A stretch of 64,000 bases of DNA from an uncultured Candidatus Saccharibacteria bacterium (GTDB lineage: Bacteria > Patescibacteriota > Dojkabacteria > SC72): NCBI GenBank assembly GCA_964618765.1, contig CAZUDZ010000002.1, positions 66,129 to 130,128 of the forward strand. Direction: 5' to 3'. The translations under genes and the position numbers were made by a program. Below the pieces are notes generated by a model. That model was not told the DNA's origin, ran no database searches, and was given only the letters and a program-made list of their open reading frames with translations. Below, piece after piece: positions 8,981-18,533 of this stretch (positions are counted from its first letter, which is position 1; every line of letters starts with the position of its first letter).

Positions 8981-9891
8981 ACCTCCTCCTCTTTTTTAAA
9001 TGCCTGAGAGCATTTTTGACATGTAGCAGAATTGTTACTGTTGAAATTGAGATTTCCTTTACAGATAGGACAAATCAGTATGCTTTCTATTGTATCCAAA
9101 TCCTTCTGCTGCTCCTCTTTCTTTCGAAGTTTTGTAGCATACATAATACTTGGTGAGATATTTGTCCAAGAGAGTGTTCTTTGCAATATCTTTTCAAAAA
9201 AGAACATTATTTCTTGGTTAATTAGTCTTTTAATGAAGGGGGAACGCAAAAAAGAACTCCCAAATTTCTTTGTTAGAATAAAATCTTGAGAGATTAATAA
9301 CTTGTGAATATGTTTTGGGTGATAGTTTAAGAAGATTCCTCCATGTTCTTTCTGTGAACCTTCTAGATTTTTCCCTATTGGTTGGTTGTATGGAGATATA
9401 TTAAAGAACTCGAGATTAAATTTCACAAGGGCCTTAATACGGGCTTTAATGTGAATTTTGTTTGGGAATTCCTGTACATATATGGAATCGTTTTTAAAAA
9501 CTCTCCTTGCTTCTTTTAAATATTTTTTAGGTTCTTTGATATGATGTAAAACCCTTATCATCATACCGGCATCAAACACATTATCTCTGAAGGGCATTTT
9601 ATATGCATTTGCAGCTATTAGCTCAATATTTGGGTATTTATTTTTAATAATAGTTCTGTTTCTTTGCAAGGTCTTTAAGGAATAATCAATAATCAAGGGC
9701 TTCTTATATAGATGCGCATATGTAGATACTAACCTTCCATAAGATCCTCCAATATCTAGAAACCATTTTCCTCTCTGTTTGGAGAAGATTTTATCTAGAA
9801 TGTTTTTCTCGGCTAAGTTTTCATACCCTCTCTTCTCCCAGTATGTTGAGTAATCGTAGTTTAGCTTATCGTATTCTGAAATCTCAGTCAT
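8959..9891 (-). CDS. Class I SAM-dependent methyltransferase fused to a C-terminal Trm112-like zinc-ribbon domain
   Basis: ATG start; SAM motif I LDIGGSYGRL; C-terminal ICPICKGNLNF...CQKCSQAF resembles the Trm112/DUF343 fold; overlaps dnaG by 8 nt and rsmA by 22 nt. Confidence 0.65.
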   Translation of the reverse strand: MTEISEYDKLNYDYSTYWEKRGYENLAEKNILDKIFSKQRGKWFLDIGGSYGRLVSTYAHLYKKPLIIDYSLKTLQRNRTIIKNKYPNIELIAANAYKMPFRDNVFDAGMMIRVLHHIKEPKKYLKEARRVFKNDSIYVQEFPNKIHIKARIKALVKFNLEFFNISPYNQPIGKNLEGSQKEHGGIFLNYHPKHIHKLLISQDFILTKKFGSSFLRSPFIKRLINQEIMFFFEKILQRTLSWTNISPSIMYATKLRKKEEQQKDLDTIESILICPICKGNLNFNSNNSATCQKCSQAFKKEEEVWDFRVK

Positions 9892-11611
9892 TTTCTGCTT
9901 CTTTTAAAAGATTATTTATTTTTGTTAACTCCTCTAAGTGCTTTTCTGCTTCTTTCTGCCTGTGGTTTTCTTCCGCGAAAGCGACCTTCATACTAACATC
10001 TTTCTGTTTCACTTTCAGGTTATCAATAATGATTCGTCTTCTCACCTTCTTGAGTTCATCCAAGATTTCTTTTTTAGTAGGAGTCTCTGTTAGGTTAAAG
10101 ATGATATTTTCGAAACTCTCTGAGACTTCTTGGTTATCATGAAGCTTTGTGTAAAGAAGCTCTTTGCCTTTCTTGTGGTGAGCAAGGATTTCGGAGTAGA
10201 GTTTCTGTAGTAGGGGTGGGCGGATCTGTTCTTTTTCAAGTAAGATTTCCTCTGGTATTTTGTCTAGTAGTAACAGCAACTGGAGAAACTCCTTATAGAT
10301 TTTATTATCGGTCTCTTTCACACGAATTTTTGTTTCATGGTAATCTGAGGGGTTTTTACGGCTGTCAGAAATTGTTGTCTTAATTGAATCTATCTTGGTA
10401 ATGCTCGCAGCTTTGTTGCTATAGTATTTTTTAATGTCCTCATCTTTTACCGAAGAAATCAGGGAGCCTATAAAGTTTCTCACCCTCCCGAGGTCTTCTA
10501 GCCTGTTGAGGTTCTTCTGGTCTATATATTGCTCTAGAATAAAGAAGAATGCTTCCTTCTTGTTCTTAATTAGGGTTTTCATTCTCTTGGGATCTTTTTG
10601 TAATAATTCGTCTATATCTTTATAAGGTTCTGATGTTGTTGCGTATGGGGTTAATTTTAATTCTGATGCTAATTTAAATGCCCGCAATAGTGCGGATTTC
10701 CCAGCTTCGTCGCTATCAAAGAAAAAGAGAACATTCTTAGTTATCTTGGAGAGGTTTTCTAATTGTTCTTTTGTTAAGCCGGTTCCTAGTGGAGCTACAA
10801 TATTTTTAATGTTATGTTGATGTGAAGCCATTACGTCGGTTGATCCTTCACAGATTATTGCTAAATCGCTCTTTCTAATCTCTTGTCTAGATTCGTACTG
10901 TCCGAAGAGATTCTCTTTCTTATGGAAAATTGGAGTGTCTGGGGAATTCATGTATTTGGGTCCCCAATCGTTGCCTGGAAGCACTCTTCCAGTAAATGCA
11001 ATGACCTTCCCCCTTTTGGATCTAATGGGGAACATAATTCTGTCATAAAATTTCTCCTTTACTTCCTTGTTTTTTAGCGTGAAAAGGCCTGAATCTAGAA
11101 GTTCTCGTTGTTTGTACTCTTTACTTCTTAACAAATACTCCTTAAGCTTTGAATTCTTTGGAGCATATCCCACACCAAATTCTTTTAAGATATCTTTATT
11201 AAAACCTCTTTTCTGCATGTAAGAAAGTGCGCTAGGACTTTCTTTTAACTGATTGTAGAAATAGGTAGTTGCTTTGTAATTAATTTCTTCGAGAGTTTTG
11301 TATTTTGAGTCATAGGAAGATTTTTGAAGCTCAACACCGGCTTCCTTAGCAAGTTTCTCTAATGCTTCTGGGAAATCTATATTTTCTATTTCTTGTAAAA
11401 AATTGAATATATCCCCTGTCTGACCACAACCGAAACATTTATATCTTTGTAAGTCTGGACTTACAATGAAAGAGGGGGTTTTCTCTGTATGGAAGGGACA
11501 AAGTCCAGAGAAGTTTTTACCAGTAGGTTTCAATTTAACATATTTACCAACGACACTAACAACATCTAGCCTGTTTTTAATTTCTTCTATTTGATTGTTG
11601 GAAGAGTTCAT
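9884..11611 (-). CDS. dnaG: DNA primase DnaG
   Basis: ATG start; N-terminal zinc-binding motif CPFHTEKTPSFIVSPDLQRYKCFGCGQTGD; TOPRIM region (ICEGSTD ... FFFDSDEAGKSA); 575 aa. Confidence 0.9.
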   Translation of the reverse strand: MNSSNNQIEEIKNRLDVVSVVGKYVKLKPTGKNFSGLCPFHTEKTPSFIVSPDLQRYKCFGCGQTGDIFNFLQEIENIDFPEALEKLAKEAGVELQKSSYDSKYKTLEEINYKATTYFYNQLKESPSALSYMQKRGFNKDILKEFGVGYAPKNSKLKEYLLRSKEYKQRELLDSGLFTLKNKEVKEKFYDRIMFPIRSKRGKVIAFTGRVLPGNDWGPKYMNSPDTPIFHKKENLFGQYESRQEIRKSDLAIICEGSTDVMASHQHNIKNIVAPLGTGLTKEQLENLSKITKNVLFFFDSDEAGKSALLRAFKLASELKLTPYATTSEPYKDIDELLQKDPKRMKTLIKNKKEAFFFILEQYIDQKNLNRLEDLGRVRNFIGSLISSVKDEDIKKYYSNKAASITKIDSIKTTISDSRKNPSDYHETKIRVKETDNKIYKEFLQLLLLLDKIPEEILLEKEQIRPPLLQKLYSEILAHHKKGKELLYTKLHDNQEVSESFENIIFNLTETPTKKEILDELKKVRRRIIIDNLKVKQKDVSMKVAFAEENHRQKEAEKHLEELTKINNLLKEAEND

Positions 11612-11654
11612 ATGTACCTAAATTATACCATTTTTAGGTAATTTAAAGAGATTA

Positions 11655-12602
11655 CTACTCACAGGAAAGTTGATTGTCAGCAATTTCACATGTTAACTCT
11701 GCAACTCCAGCCCCTTGGTTTGTTCGCCATTGAATAGTTTCTCCGTTGTAAAGAACCTTTGTGTTACTAACTCTCCCAGTTATTATGTAAAGTTTTTCTT
11801 TTATGGTAAATTCCTGCTTTGAGGGTTGTATAACCTCGGAAAGTTTGTTTTCGTCGTCAATGTCTAACCTTACCCAGGCAGGAGAATCAAATACTTCTAC
11901 TGTAATCGTATTTTCTCCAATCTCTTCTTTTTCTTCTTTCTTAACATCTTCTGTATCTTTTACATAGGTGACTTTTACAACCTCAACTCTTTCTAAAGAG
12001 CTATTCTTTCTTGCTTTTACTGTTACTGTATTGGAACCTTCTTTGAGGGCTATTTCTTTTTGGAAGGATCCATCATCCTCAATTTCTACTGCAGTTCCAT
12101 TAATTTCTAGAGTAACCTCTTTACTGGTTTCTCCTTTGAGTAAAATATCCTCAGAAGTTACTGTGCTTTCGTTTTGTGGTTGTGTAATCAGTAATTTCGG
12201 TGGGCTTTGGAATTTATATATTTGAAACCCTATATATCCTACAACCAAGAGTAAGAAGGTAATTAAAAAGATAGTGAGAAGGCTTTTAGGGTTTAAGAAA
12301 CTTAATGCTTTTTTCTTTCTATTGGTAAATACTTCCTCTCTAACTTCTTTTACCTTGTCTGTACTTTTCCTTGGGTTACTTCTTCTGTAAAGGGCCAGTA
12401 TCTTGCTTGTGTCTAATTCTAAGTACTGTGCGTATATTTTTATGAATCCTGTTAGGAACACCTCCGAGTCAAAGTAATCGAACTGATTATTTTCTATATA
12501 TTCAAGAAATCGTTTTTGAATCTTTGTATCTAAAGAGACTTTCTCTAGGCTTCTTTTAAGAATCTCTCTCTTGTTTTTTAAAACTTCTCCGGCTGTAAGC
12601 AT
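11655..12602 (-). CDS. RodZ-like cytoskeleton-associated protein (N-terminal HTH, single TM, C-terminal beta domain)
   Basis: ATG start; architecture of N-terminal helix-turn-helix, TM LLTIFLITFLLLVVGYIGF and extracytoplasmic C-terminus; immediately downstream of ftsK. Confidence 0.45.
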   Translation of the reverse strand: MLTAGEVLKNKREILKRSLEKVSLDTKIQKRFLEYIENNQFDYFDSEVFLTGFIKIYAQYLELDTSKILALYRRSNPRKSTDKVKEVREEVFTNRKKKALSFLNPKSLLTIFLITFLLLVVGYIGFQIYKFQSPPKLLITQPQNESTVTSEDILLKGETSKEVTLEINGTAVEIEDDGSFQKEIALKEGSNTVTVKARKNSSLERVEVVKVTYVKDTEDVKKEEKEEIGENTITVEVFDSPAWVRLDIDDENKLSEVIQPSKQEFTIKEKLYIITGRVSNTKVLYNGETIQWRTNQGAGVAELTCEIADNQLSCE

Positions 12603-12606
12603 GTTC

Positions 12607-14871
12607 CTATTCTACTACTTCTTGCGTGTCTGCGTCATCCTCTGTGAGTTTCTCAGATATCTGGTCTGGGGAGGTTATGAGAACTTTTCGTGGTTTAGAG
12701 CCTCTCTGGGGTCCTATAACTCCAGCTTCGTGTAGTTGGTCAATGATTCTTGCGGCCTTGTTGTATCCGATTCTCATTTTTCTTTGAAGGAAAGAGGAAG
12801 AGGCTCTCTGGGAAGACACTACTACTGCAAGAGCTTTCTCAAATTCAGGATCCCTTTGTTTCTGTCCTCCTGGTGAGTCATCGCTTGGTCCTTTCTCTAT
12901 GGCTTCTGCAAGATCTTCTGAGTATTTAACTTCTTCCTCGTCTACCTGATCTTTTATTGCCAGAATTACCATTTCAGAGTCTTCGGTAGTTGTGTTTGTT
13001 CCTTGTATTCTCAAAGCTTTTGGTGTGGTTTGATCTTTGTAGAGCATGTCTCCATTCCCAAGGAGGGTCTCAGCTCCAGATTCATCTAAGATTACCCTAG
13101 AATCCATACTGGTAGCGACAGCGAATGCCATTCTTCCTGGGATATTTGATTTAATTAATCCGGTTATTACATTAACAGTAGGCTTCTGTGTAGCTAGAAT
13201 TAAGTGTATTCCTACAGCTCTTCCCATTTGAGCAAGTCTTTGAATTTTAGTTTCAACTTCTAGTGCAGATGTCAGTATTAAATCTGCCATTTCATCTATT
13301 ACAACTATGATATATGGCATGGCTAGATATCCTACTTTCTTGTTGTACTCAGTTAATTTTTTAACTCTAACTTGTTTCAATTGCCTGTATCTTCTCATCA
13401 TCTCTTCTATTGTCCATTGCAAGGCATTAATAACGGATTCAGGGTCTGTTATGACAGGATTGAGAAGGTGAGGAATTCCATTGTATATGGACATTTCTAC
13501 TCCCATTTTAGGGTCTATCATTAAAAACTTCACTTCATCTGGACTTTTGGTCATCAAAAGACCTGTTAGTAAAGAATTAATTGCAACGGATTTCCCTGTT
13601 CCTGTAGCACCAGCGACAAGGAGATGTGGGATTTTTGCAAGATCTTTGATTCTTGTTTTTGCTGTAATATCTTTACCTAAAATCAATGGTAACTCGTATT
13701 TCTCTTTCTCTTTATTAAGCCTTGCTACCATCTCTTTGGCGTAGACGAAGTTAGGTGTAGGATTGGGGATTTCTACTCCAACATATGAAGTTCCTGGTAT
13801 GGGAGCTTCTATCCTTACAGATGATGTTTGTGAGGCTAGTGCTAATGCTAAATCATTGCTAAGGTTTTTAATTCTAGAAACCTTTGTTCCCACACTAATA
13901 CTTAAAGAGAACCTTAATACAGTAGGGCCTACTGCGACAGCGACTACAGTTCCTTGTATCCCGAAACTTCTTAATGTTTTTTCAATGATTAAAGCTTTTT
14001 CTTTGTAAAGTTCCTTGTCCTGTTCTTGTACCTGTGGCTCTTCTAGGATATCTGGGCTAGGGAATCTCCAGTTTTGGTATCTTGGCTTGTCAGGCTCTTT
14101 CTCTTCTGTCCCATCAGGAATGTTACTGCTCTTGACCGGATCATCAGAGTCAGAGCTTTCTTCTTGTGCTCTCTCTGATTCCTTTGTCCTGTCTTCAGTA
14201 AGAATACTATCAAGCCTTTTCTGAATTTCCTCTTCACTCTCTGGTTTTGGAGTATCATCATCGGCTTCCTCTTGCTCTATTGGAATAGCTAGATTGCTAG
14301 GGGTTTTTGTAGGAGAAAATCTTTTTAAGAAGGATCTAAGGAAGGAATCTGTCTTTTTCTCTTCCTCTGGTACAGAATCTTCAAGGAAATCTCTAATCTG
14401 TTCTAGTGTGGTCCCTGTTATCAAGGAGAAAGAGATGATTAGTAATATTAGTACAATTATTATTTCAATGAAGCTTCCAAAGAAATTGTTTAGGGACAGG
14501 TGGAGTACTTTTCCTAATTGCCCACCAGCTCCTCTTAGTGCGCTATTGCTCTCCAACTGTTCTTCAATCAGCCAGAAAGAGAGTAGTACGGTTAAACAGA
14601 GAGAGAAAAGAAGCAACCCTATGGCTTGTTTGGTAGAGGTAAATTTCCTTTTTTTGGTAAGAAGAAAAAGGGAGAGATATATTACAAGGGTGCCCCAAGC
14701 AATGGAGGAGTAGCCTAGGGAAAGCGTTACTTGGTCAAACAGAGGGGAATCTTCTGGTATGAAGGGGGAGATGAGGATGGAGAGTCCGACAAGGAAAAGG
14801 ATTAAACCGAATAAGATTTTGGTCTCACTGCTTTGAATAGTAATTGTTTTTTTCTTTTTCTTTCTGGGCAT
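12607..14871 (-). CDS. ftsK: DNA translocase FtsK (4-TM N-domain, acidic linker, RecA-like motor, gamma domain)
   Basis: ATG start; Walker A VAGATGTGKSV; Walker B VVIDEMADL; C-terminal gamma-domain-like YNKAARIIDQLHEAGVIGP; 754 aa. Confidence 0.9.
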   Translation of the reverse strand: MPRKKKKKTITIQSSETKILFGLILFLVGLSILISPFIPEDSPLFDQVTLSLGYSSIAWGTLVIYLSLFLLTKKRKFTSTKQAIGLLLFSLCLTVLLSFWLIEEQLESNSALRGAGGQLGKVLHLSLNNFFGSFIEIIIVLILLIISFSLITGTTLEQIRDFLEDSVPEEEKKTDSFLRSFLKRFSPTKTPSNLAIPIEQEEADDDTPKPESEEEIQKRLDSILTEDRTKESERAQEESSDSDDPVKSSNIPDGTEEKEPDKPRYQNWRFPSPDILEEPQVQEQDKELYKEKALIIEKTLRSFGIQGTVVAVAVGPTVLRFSLSISVGTKVSRIKNLSNDLALALASQTSSVRIEAPIPGTSYVGVEIPNPTPNFVYAKEMVARLNKEKEKYELPLILGKDITAKTRIKDLAKIPHLLVAGATGTGKSVAINSLLTGLLMTKSPDEVKFLMIDPKMGVEMSIYNGIPHLLNPVITDPESVINALQWTIEEMMRRYRQLKQVRVKKLTEYNKKVGYLAMPYIIVVIDEMADLILTSALEVETKIQRLAQMGRAVGIHLILATQKPTVNVITGLIKSNIPGRMAFAVATSMDSRVILDESGAETLLGNGDMLYKDQTTPKALRIQGTNTTTEDSEMVILAIKDQVDEEEVKYSEDLAEAIEKGPSDDSPGGQKQRDPEFEKALAVVVSSQRASSSFLQRKMRIGYNKAARIIDQLHEAGVIGPQRGSKPRKVLITSPDQISEKLTEDDADTQEVVE

Positions 14872-15011
14872 TTGTATAGTATATAATATGATATTAAAAA
14901 TATTTTTACAAAGATACAGGGTACAGTATATAATAAATGTATCAGAAAAATTCTAAAAATGGTATAAATACCTTTTTTGGAATGGTCATATTTGGATTAC
15001 AACAATACTCT

Positions 15012-15078
15012 TTGACTATTCTACATAAATATGATAATATCCTTCGAGTTGTTAATTTTGTCTTTAGGGCGGTATAAT
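15012..15078 (+). promoter_or_regulatory. Candidate sigma70-type promoters upstream of rpoB (TTGACT-17-TAATAT at 15012-15040; TTGTTA-18-TATAAT at 15049-15078)
   Basis: Hexamer matches with canonical spacing inside the 278-nt ftsK/rpoB divergent intergenic region; not experimentally anchored. Confidence 0.3.
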
Positions 15079-15149
15079 CTAGTTTTTGGATCTACGATGA
15101 ATACTGTCCCAGTTTGTAATACCTTATAACATTACTAAAAATTTATCCT

Positions 15150-18100
15150 ATGGTAAAGCCCAAACGCAATAGATCCGGGAGAATAAATTTGGGGTTAGGT
15201 TATTCTGGAGAGGTAGAATTTCCTAGTCTCATAGAGGCTCAGTTAAAATCTTTCCAGGATTTTTTAGACCACGGTTTCCAAAATCTTTTCACTACTATCA
15301 ATCCAGTGAAAGATACAATGGAAAGAATGTGGACTTTAGAATTTAAAGATTTTAAATATGGTGAGCCATATAGAAGTATAGATGAAGCAATAACCAAAGG
15401 TCTTTCTTACGAAGTACCTGTCTATGCAAAAGTTCAGCTTTTAAATAACAGAACAGGAGAGATAAAGGAGCAAGAGATTTTTGTTACAGATATCCCAATA
15501 ATGACACATGATGGAGTTTTTGTGTTTAATGGGGTTAGAAGAGTTGTTACTCATCAGATTGTAAGATCAGAAGGAGTTTTGTATGAGAAGACTGAGAAAC
15601 TTCCCTTAAGAACTCTGTATAAGGTTAGATTAATGCCAGGAAGAGGGCCTTGGTATGAGATTGATACAAACAAACATAATGTCATATCAATGCGAATACT
15701 TCCTAAAAGACCAAAGGTTTTGATAACAGAGCTTCTTAGGGTTTTTGGGTGGGAGAGTGATGATGAGATAAGGAAACTTTTTGCAGATGTAGATACACAT
15801 GAGGAGAATAAATATATAGAGGCAACCCTTGCAAGAGATTTTACCAACAACAAGGAGGAAGCAGTAATTAGTGTATACAATAAGCTTCGACCTGATGAGT
15901 CTGTTACATTAGAGAGTGCCGAAAGATATATTAAGAGTAACTTCTTTAATCCTAGGAAATTTGATCTTGGGAGGATAGGAAGGTATCAGCTAAATAGAAA
16001 ACTAGGAACGGACTATGATATTAATGGTCCAGGAGAAATGGTGTTGTATCCTTCGGATATAACCCTCATTGTTAAGAGATTAATCCAAATGAACAATGGA
16101 GAGGTAGAGCCAGATGACATAGATCATCTTTCTAATAGAAGGATCAGAAGTGTTGGAGAAATCCTCGAAAGACAGTTAGCTAACGGGATTAGAAGGTTAG
16201 AGAAAAATATTAGAGACAAGATGAGCTTGTATGGACAAGATGCGAAGGTTACTCCTTCTATGCTTGTTAGTACAAAGCCCATAGCTGCATCAATACAGTC
16301 ATTCTTTGGGTCTAACGCTCTTTCTGGCTTCATGGATCAGACCAATGTTCTTTCTGAGTTAGAAAACAAAAGGAAAGTAACCGCCGGAGGACCAGGGGGA
16401 ATAGCGAAACAGAGAGCAACATTCTCCATAAGAGAGGTACATAATTCTCATTACTCTAAATTTGATCCAGTAACAAGTCCTGAGAGTTCAAATATCGGAG
16501 TTGTAGTCCAGTTAGCTATGCTTTCCAGAATTAATGAGTTTGGTTTCTTAGAAGCACCTTACAGAAAGGTAGTAAATAGGGTTAATAATAATAAAACAAA
16601 CTTAAAAGGTAGAATAATTGGGAAAAGCATTAAGGATGGTAACAAAGTAGTTGCGAAGAAAGGAGATAGAGTAGATGAGAAATTAATAGAGAAACTTACA
16701 AAGATAAAGGGTCTAAAAACAGTGAAAGTAATGCCATTCATAACGGATGAGATAGAGTATCTAGATGCAATGGATGAGGAGAAACACTACATCTCTACAG
16801 CAACAATTACTACAGATGAGGATAACAATATAACAGATACACTAATTCCTGTAAGACATGGAGGAGATTTCATGATGGAGGCTGTAGATATTGTTAAATA
16901 TGTAGATGTCTTGGCAAGTCAACAGGCAGGACTTGGTATGGCATTGATTCCTTTTGTTTCTCATAATGACGCAATGCGTGCTTTAACAGGTTCAAATATG
17001 CAGAGACAAGCAGTTCCACTGGTAAAACAAGAATCTCCTTTAATTGGAACAGGTGTGGAAGAGACAGTCGCTAGACAGTCTTCATGGGGAATTTTTGCGA
17101 AAGAAGATGGGGAAGTGCAGTATGTAGATGCCAAGAGATTATCTGTTAAGTATCAAAAGGAGGGGATAAAAGAGTATCCTCTCGCAACCTTCTATAGAAG
17201 TAATGACAATACTAGTTTTTCACAGAAACCAGTTGTTAGGGCAGGAGACAAATTTAAGAAAGGAGAAATCCTAGCAGATGGCCCAACTATGATTAATGCA
17301 GAGCTTTCAGTAGGAATCAATCTTAAAGCAGCCCTTATGTTCTACGAAGGATATAACTATGAAGACTCAGTCATAATATCAGAGAGAATTGTAAGAGATG
17401 ATCTTTTAACCTCTATACATATCAGAGAATATACAATATCTGTGAGAGATACAGAACTTGGCCCTGAAGTAATAACTGCAGACATACCCCATGTTAATGA
17501 AAGAATTTTGAGAAAACTAGATGCACAAGGAGTTGTAAGAGATGGAGTAAAAGTTAAGTCTGGGGATATTTTAGTAGGAGTAGTAGCTCCTAGAGGAGAG
17601 AAAGAGTTAACAGCAGAGGAAAGATTACTCAGAGCAATCTTTGGAGAATCTGCAAGCGATGTTAGAGATAACTCACTTAGAATTCCTCATGGAGAAGAGG
17701 GTATCGTTATCCGAAGCCAAATACTTTCTGCAGATAAAGGTGACAAATTAAGACCAGGCGTATTACATGAGTTAAGAGTTTGGGTTGCAAACACTAAAAA
17801 GATTGATTTTGGGGATAAAATTGCAGGAAGACATGGAGATAAAAATACAATAGCGGCAATTAGACCATTAGAAGACATGCCATTTACAGAAGATGGCGAA
17901 CCAGTAGATATTGTACTTACTCCAACATTCCTAAAACGAATGAACATGGGACAAGCAGAGGAGGTTCATTTTGGGAAGTATGCACAAATACTAAATGAAA
18001 GGTTAGCATTCCCAATTTTTGAAGGAGAAAATCTTAAGTGGCTTGAAAGAAAACTCAAGAAGGCTGGTGCAGATATGGCAGAGAAAGAAGATTTGTATGA

Positions 18101-18533
18101 TGGAAGAACTGGGAAAAAATTCCCAAGGAAAGTTACTGTTGGGACAAAATATGTTCTTAAACTGCATCATATTGCGGATGAGAAAGTACATGCAAGATCA
18201 ACGGGACCATACACTGCAGTATCACAACAGCCATTAGGAGGAAAAGCTCAGATGGGAGGTCAGAGATTTGGGGAAATGGAGGTCTGGGCATTAGAGGCTC
18301 ATGCAGCACCTTATGCTCTCCAGGAAATGCTAACAATCAAATCTGATGACATTAAGGGTAGATCCGCTGCTTACAAAGCAATTATACATGGGGAAGAAAT
18401 TGAAAATGTAAATATCCCAGAATCATTTAAGGTACTAGTCAAAGAACTGAATGCTCTTTGTCTCAACCTTGATTTAATTTCAACAAAACCAAATATTGAA
18501 GAAAAGGAGGTAAAAGAAGATGAAGAAAAGTAA
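15150..18533 (+). CDS. rpoB: DNA-directed RNA polymerase subunit beta
   Basis: ATG start; unmistakable RpoB blocks (for example GSNMQRQAVPL, NYEDS, LGGKAQMGGQRFGEMEVWALEAHAA); 1127 aa. Confidence 0.97.
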   Translation: MVKPKRNRSGRINLGLGYSGEVEFPSLIEAQLKSFQDFLDHGFQNLFTTINPVKDTMERMWTLEFKDFKYGEPYRSIDEAITKGLSYEVPVYAKVQLLNNRTGEIKEQEIFVTDIPIMTHDGVFVFNGVRRVVTHQIVRSEGVLYEKTEKLPLRTLYKVRLMPGRGPWYEIDTNKHNVISMRILPKRPKVLITELLRVFGWESDDEIRKLFADVDTHEENKYIEATLARDFTNNKEEAVISVYNKLRPDESVTLESAERYIKSNFFNPRKFDLGRIGRYQLNRKLGTDYDINGPGEMVLYPSDITLIVKRLIQMNNGEVEPDDIDHLSNRRIRSVGEILERQLANGIRRLEKNIRDKMSLYGQDAKVTPSMLVSTKPIAASIQSFFGSNALSGFMDQTNVLSELENKRKVTAGGPGGIAKQRATFSIREVHNSHYSKFDPVTSPESSNIGVVVQLAMLSRINEFGFLEAPYRKVVNRVNNNKTNLKGRIIGKSIKDGNKVVAKKGDRVDEKLIEKLTKIKGLKTVKVMPFITDEIEYLDAMDEEKHYISTATITTDEDNNITDTLIPVRHGGDFMMEAVDIVKYVDVLASQQAGLGMALIPFVSHNDAMRALTGSNMQRQAVPLVKQESPLIGTGVEETVARQSSWGIFAKEDGEVQYVDAKRLSVKYQKEGIKEYPLATFYRSNDNTSFSQKPVVRAGDKFKKGEILADGPTMINAELSVGINLKAALMFYEGYNYEDSVIISERIVRDDLLTSIHIREYTISVRDTELGPEVITADIPHVNERILRKLDAQGVVRDGVKVKSGDILVGVVAPRGEKELTAEERLLRAIFGESASDVRDNSLRIPHGEEGIVIRSQILSADKGDKLRPGVLHELRVWVANTKKIDFGDKIAGRHGDKNTIAAIRPLEDMPFTEDGEPVDIVLTPTFLKRMNMGQAEEVHFGKYAQILNERLAFPIFEGENLKWLERKLKKAGADMAEKEDLYDGRTGKKFPRKVTVGTKYVLKLHHIADEKVHARSTGPYTAVSQQPLGGKAQMGGQRFGEMEVWALEAHAAPYALQEMLTIKSDDIKGRSAAYKAIIHGEEIENVNIPESFKVLVKELNALCLNLDLISTKPNIEEKEVKEDEEK

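Noticed and set aside
14872-15149. Possible tRNA/ncRNA in the 278-nt ftsK/rpoB intergenic region and other gaps (54436-54513, 55888-55988, 58619-58787)
   Set aside because: No cloverleaf-compatible conserved tRNA boxes (GTTC-type T-loop, anticodon stem symmetry) or conserved ncRNA motifs were recognisable by eye. These AT-rich regions are better explained as promoter/5'UTR sequence.
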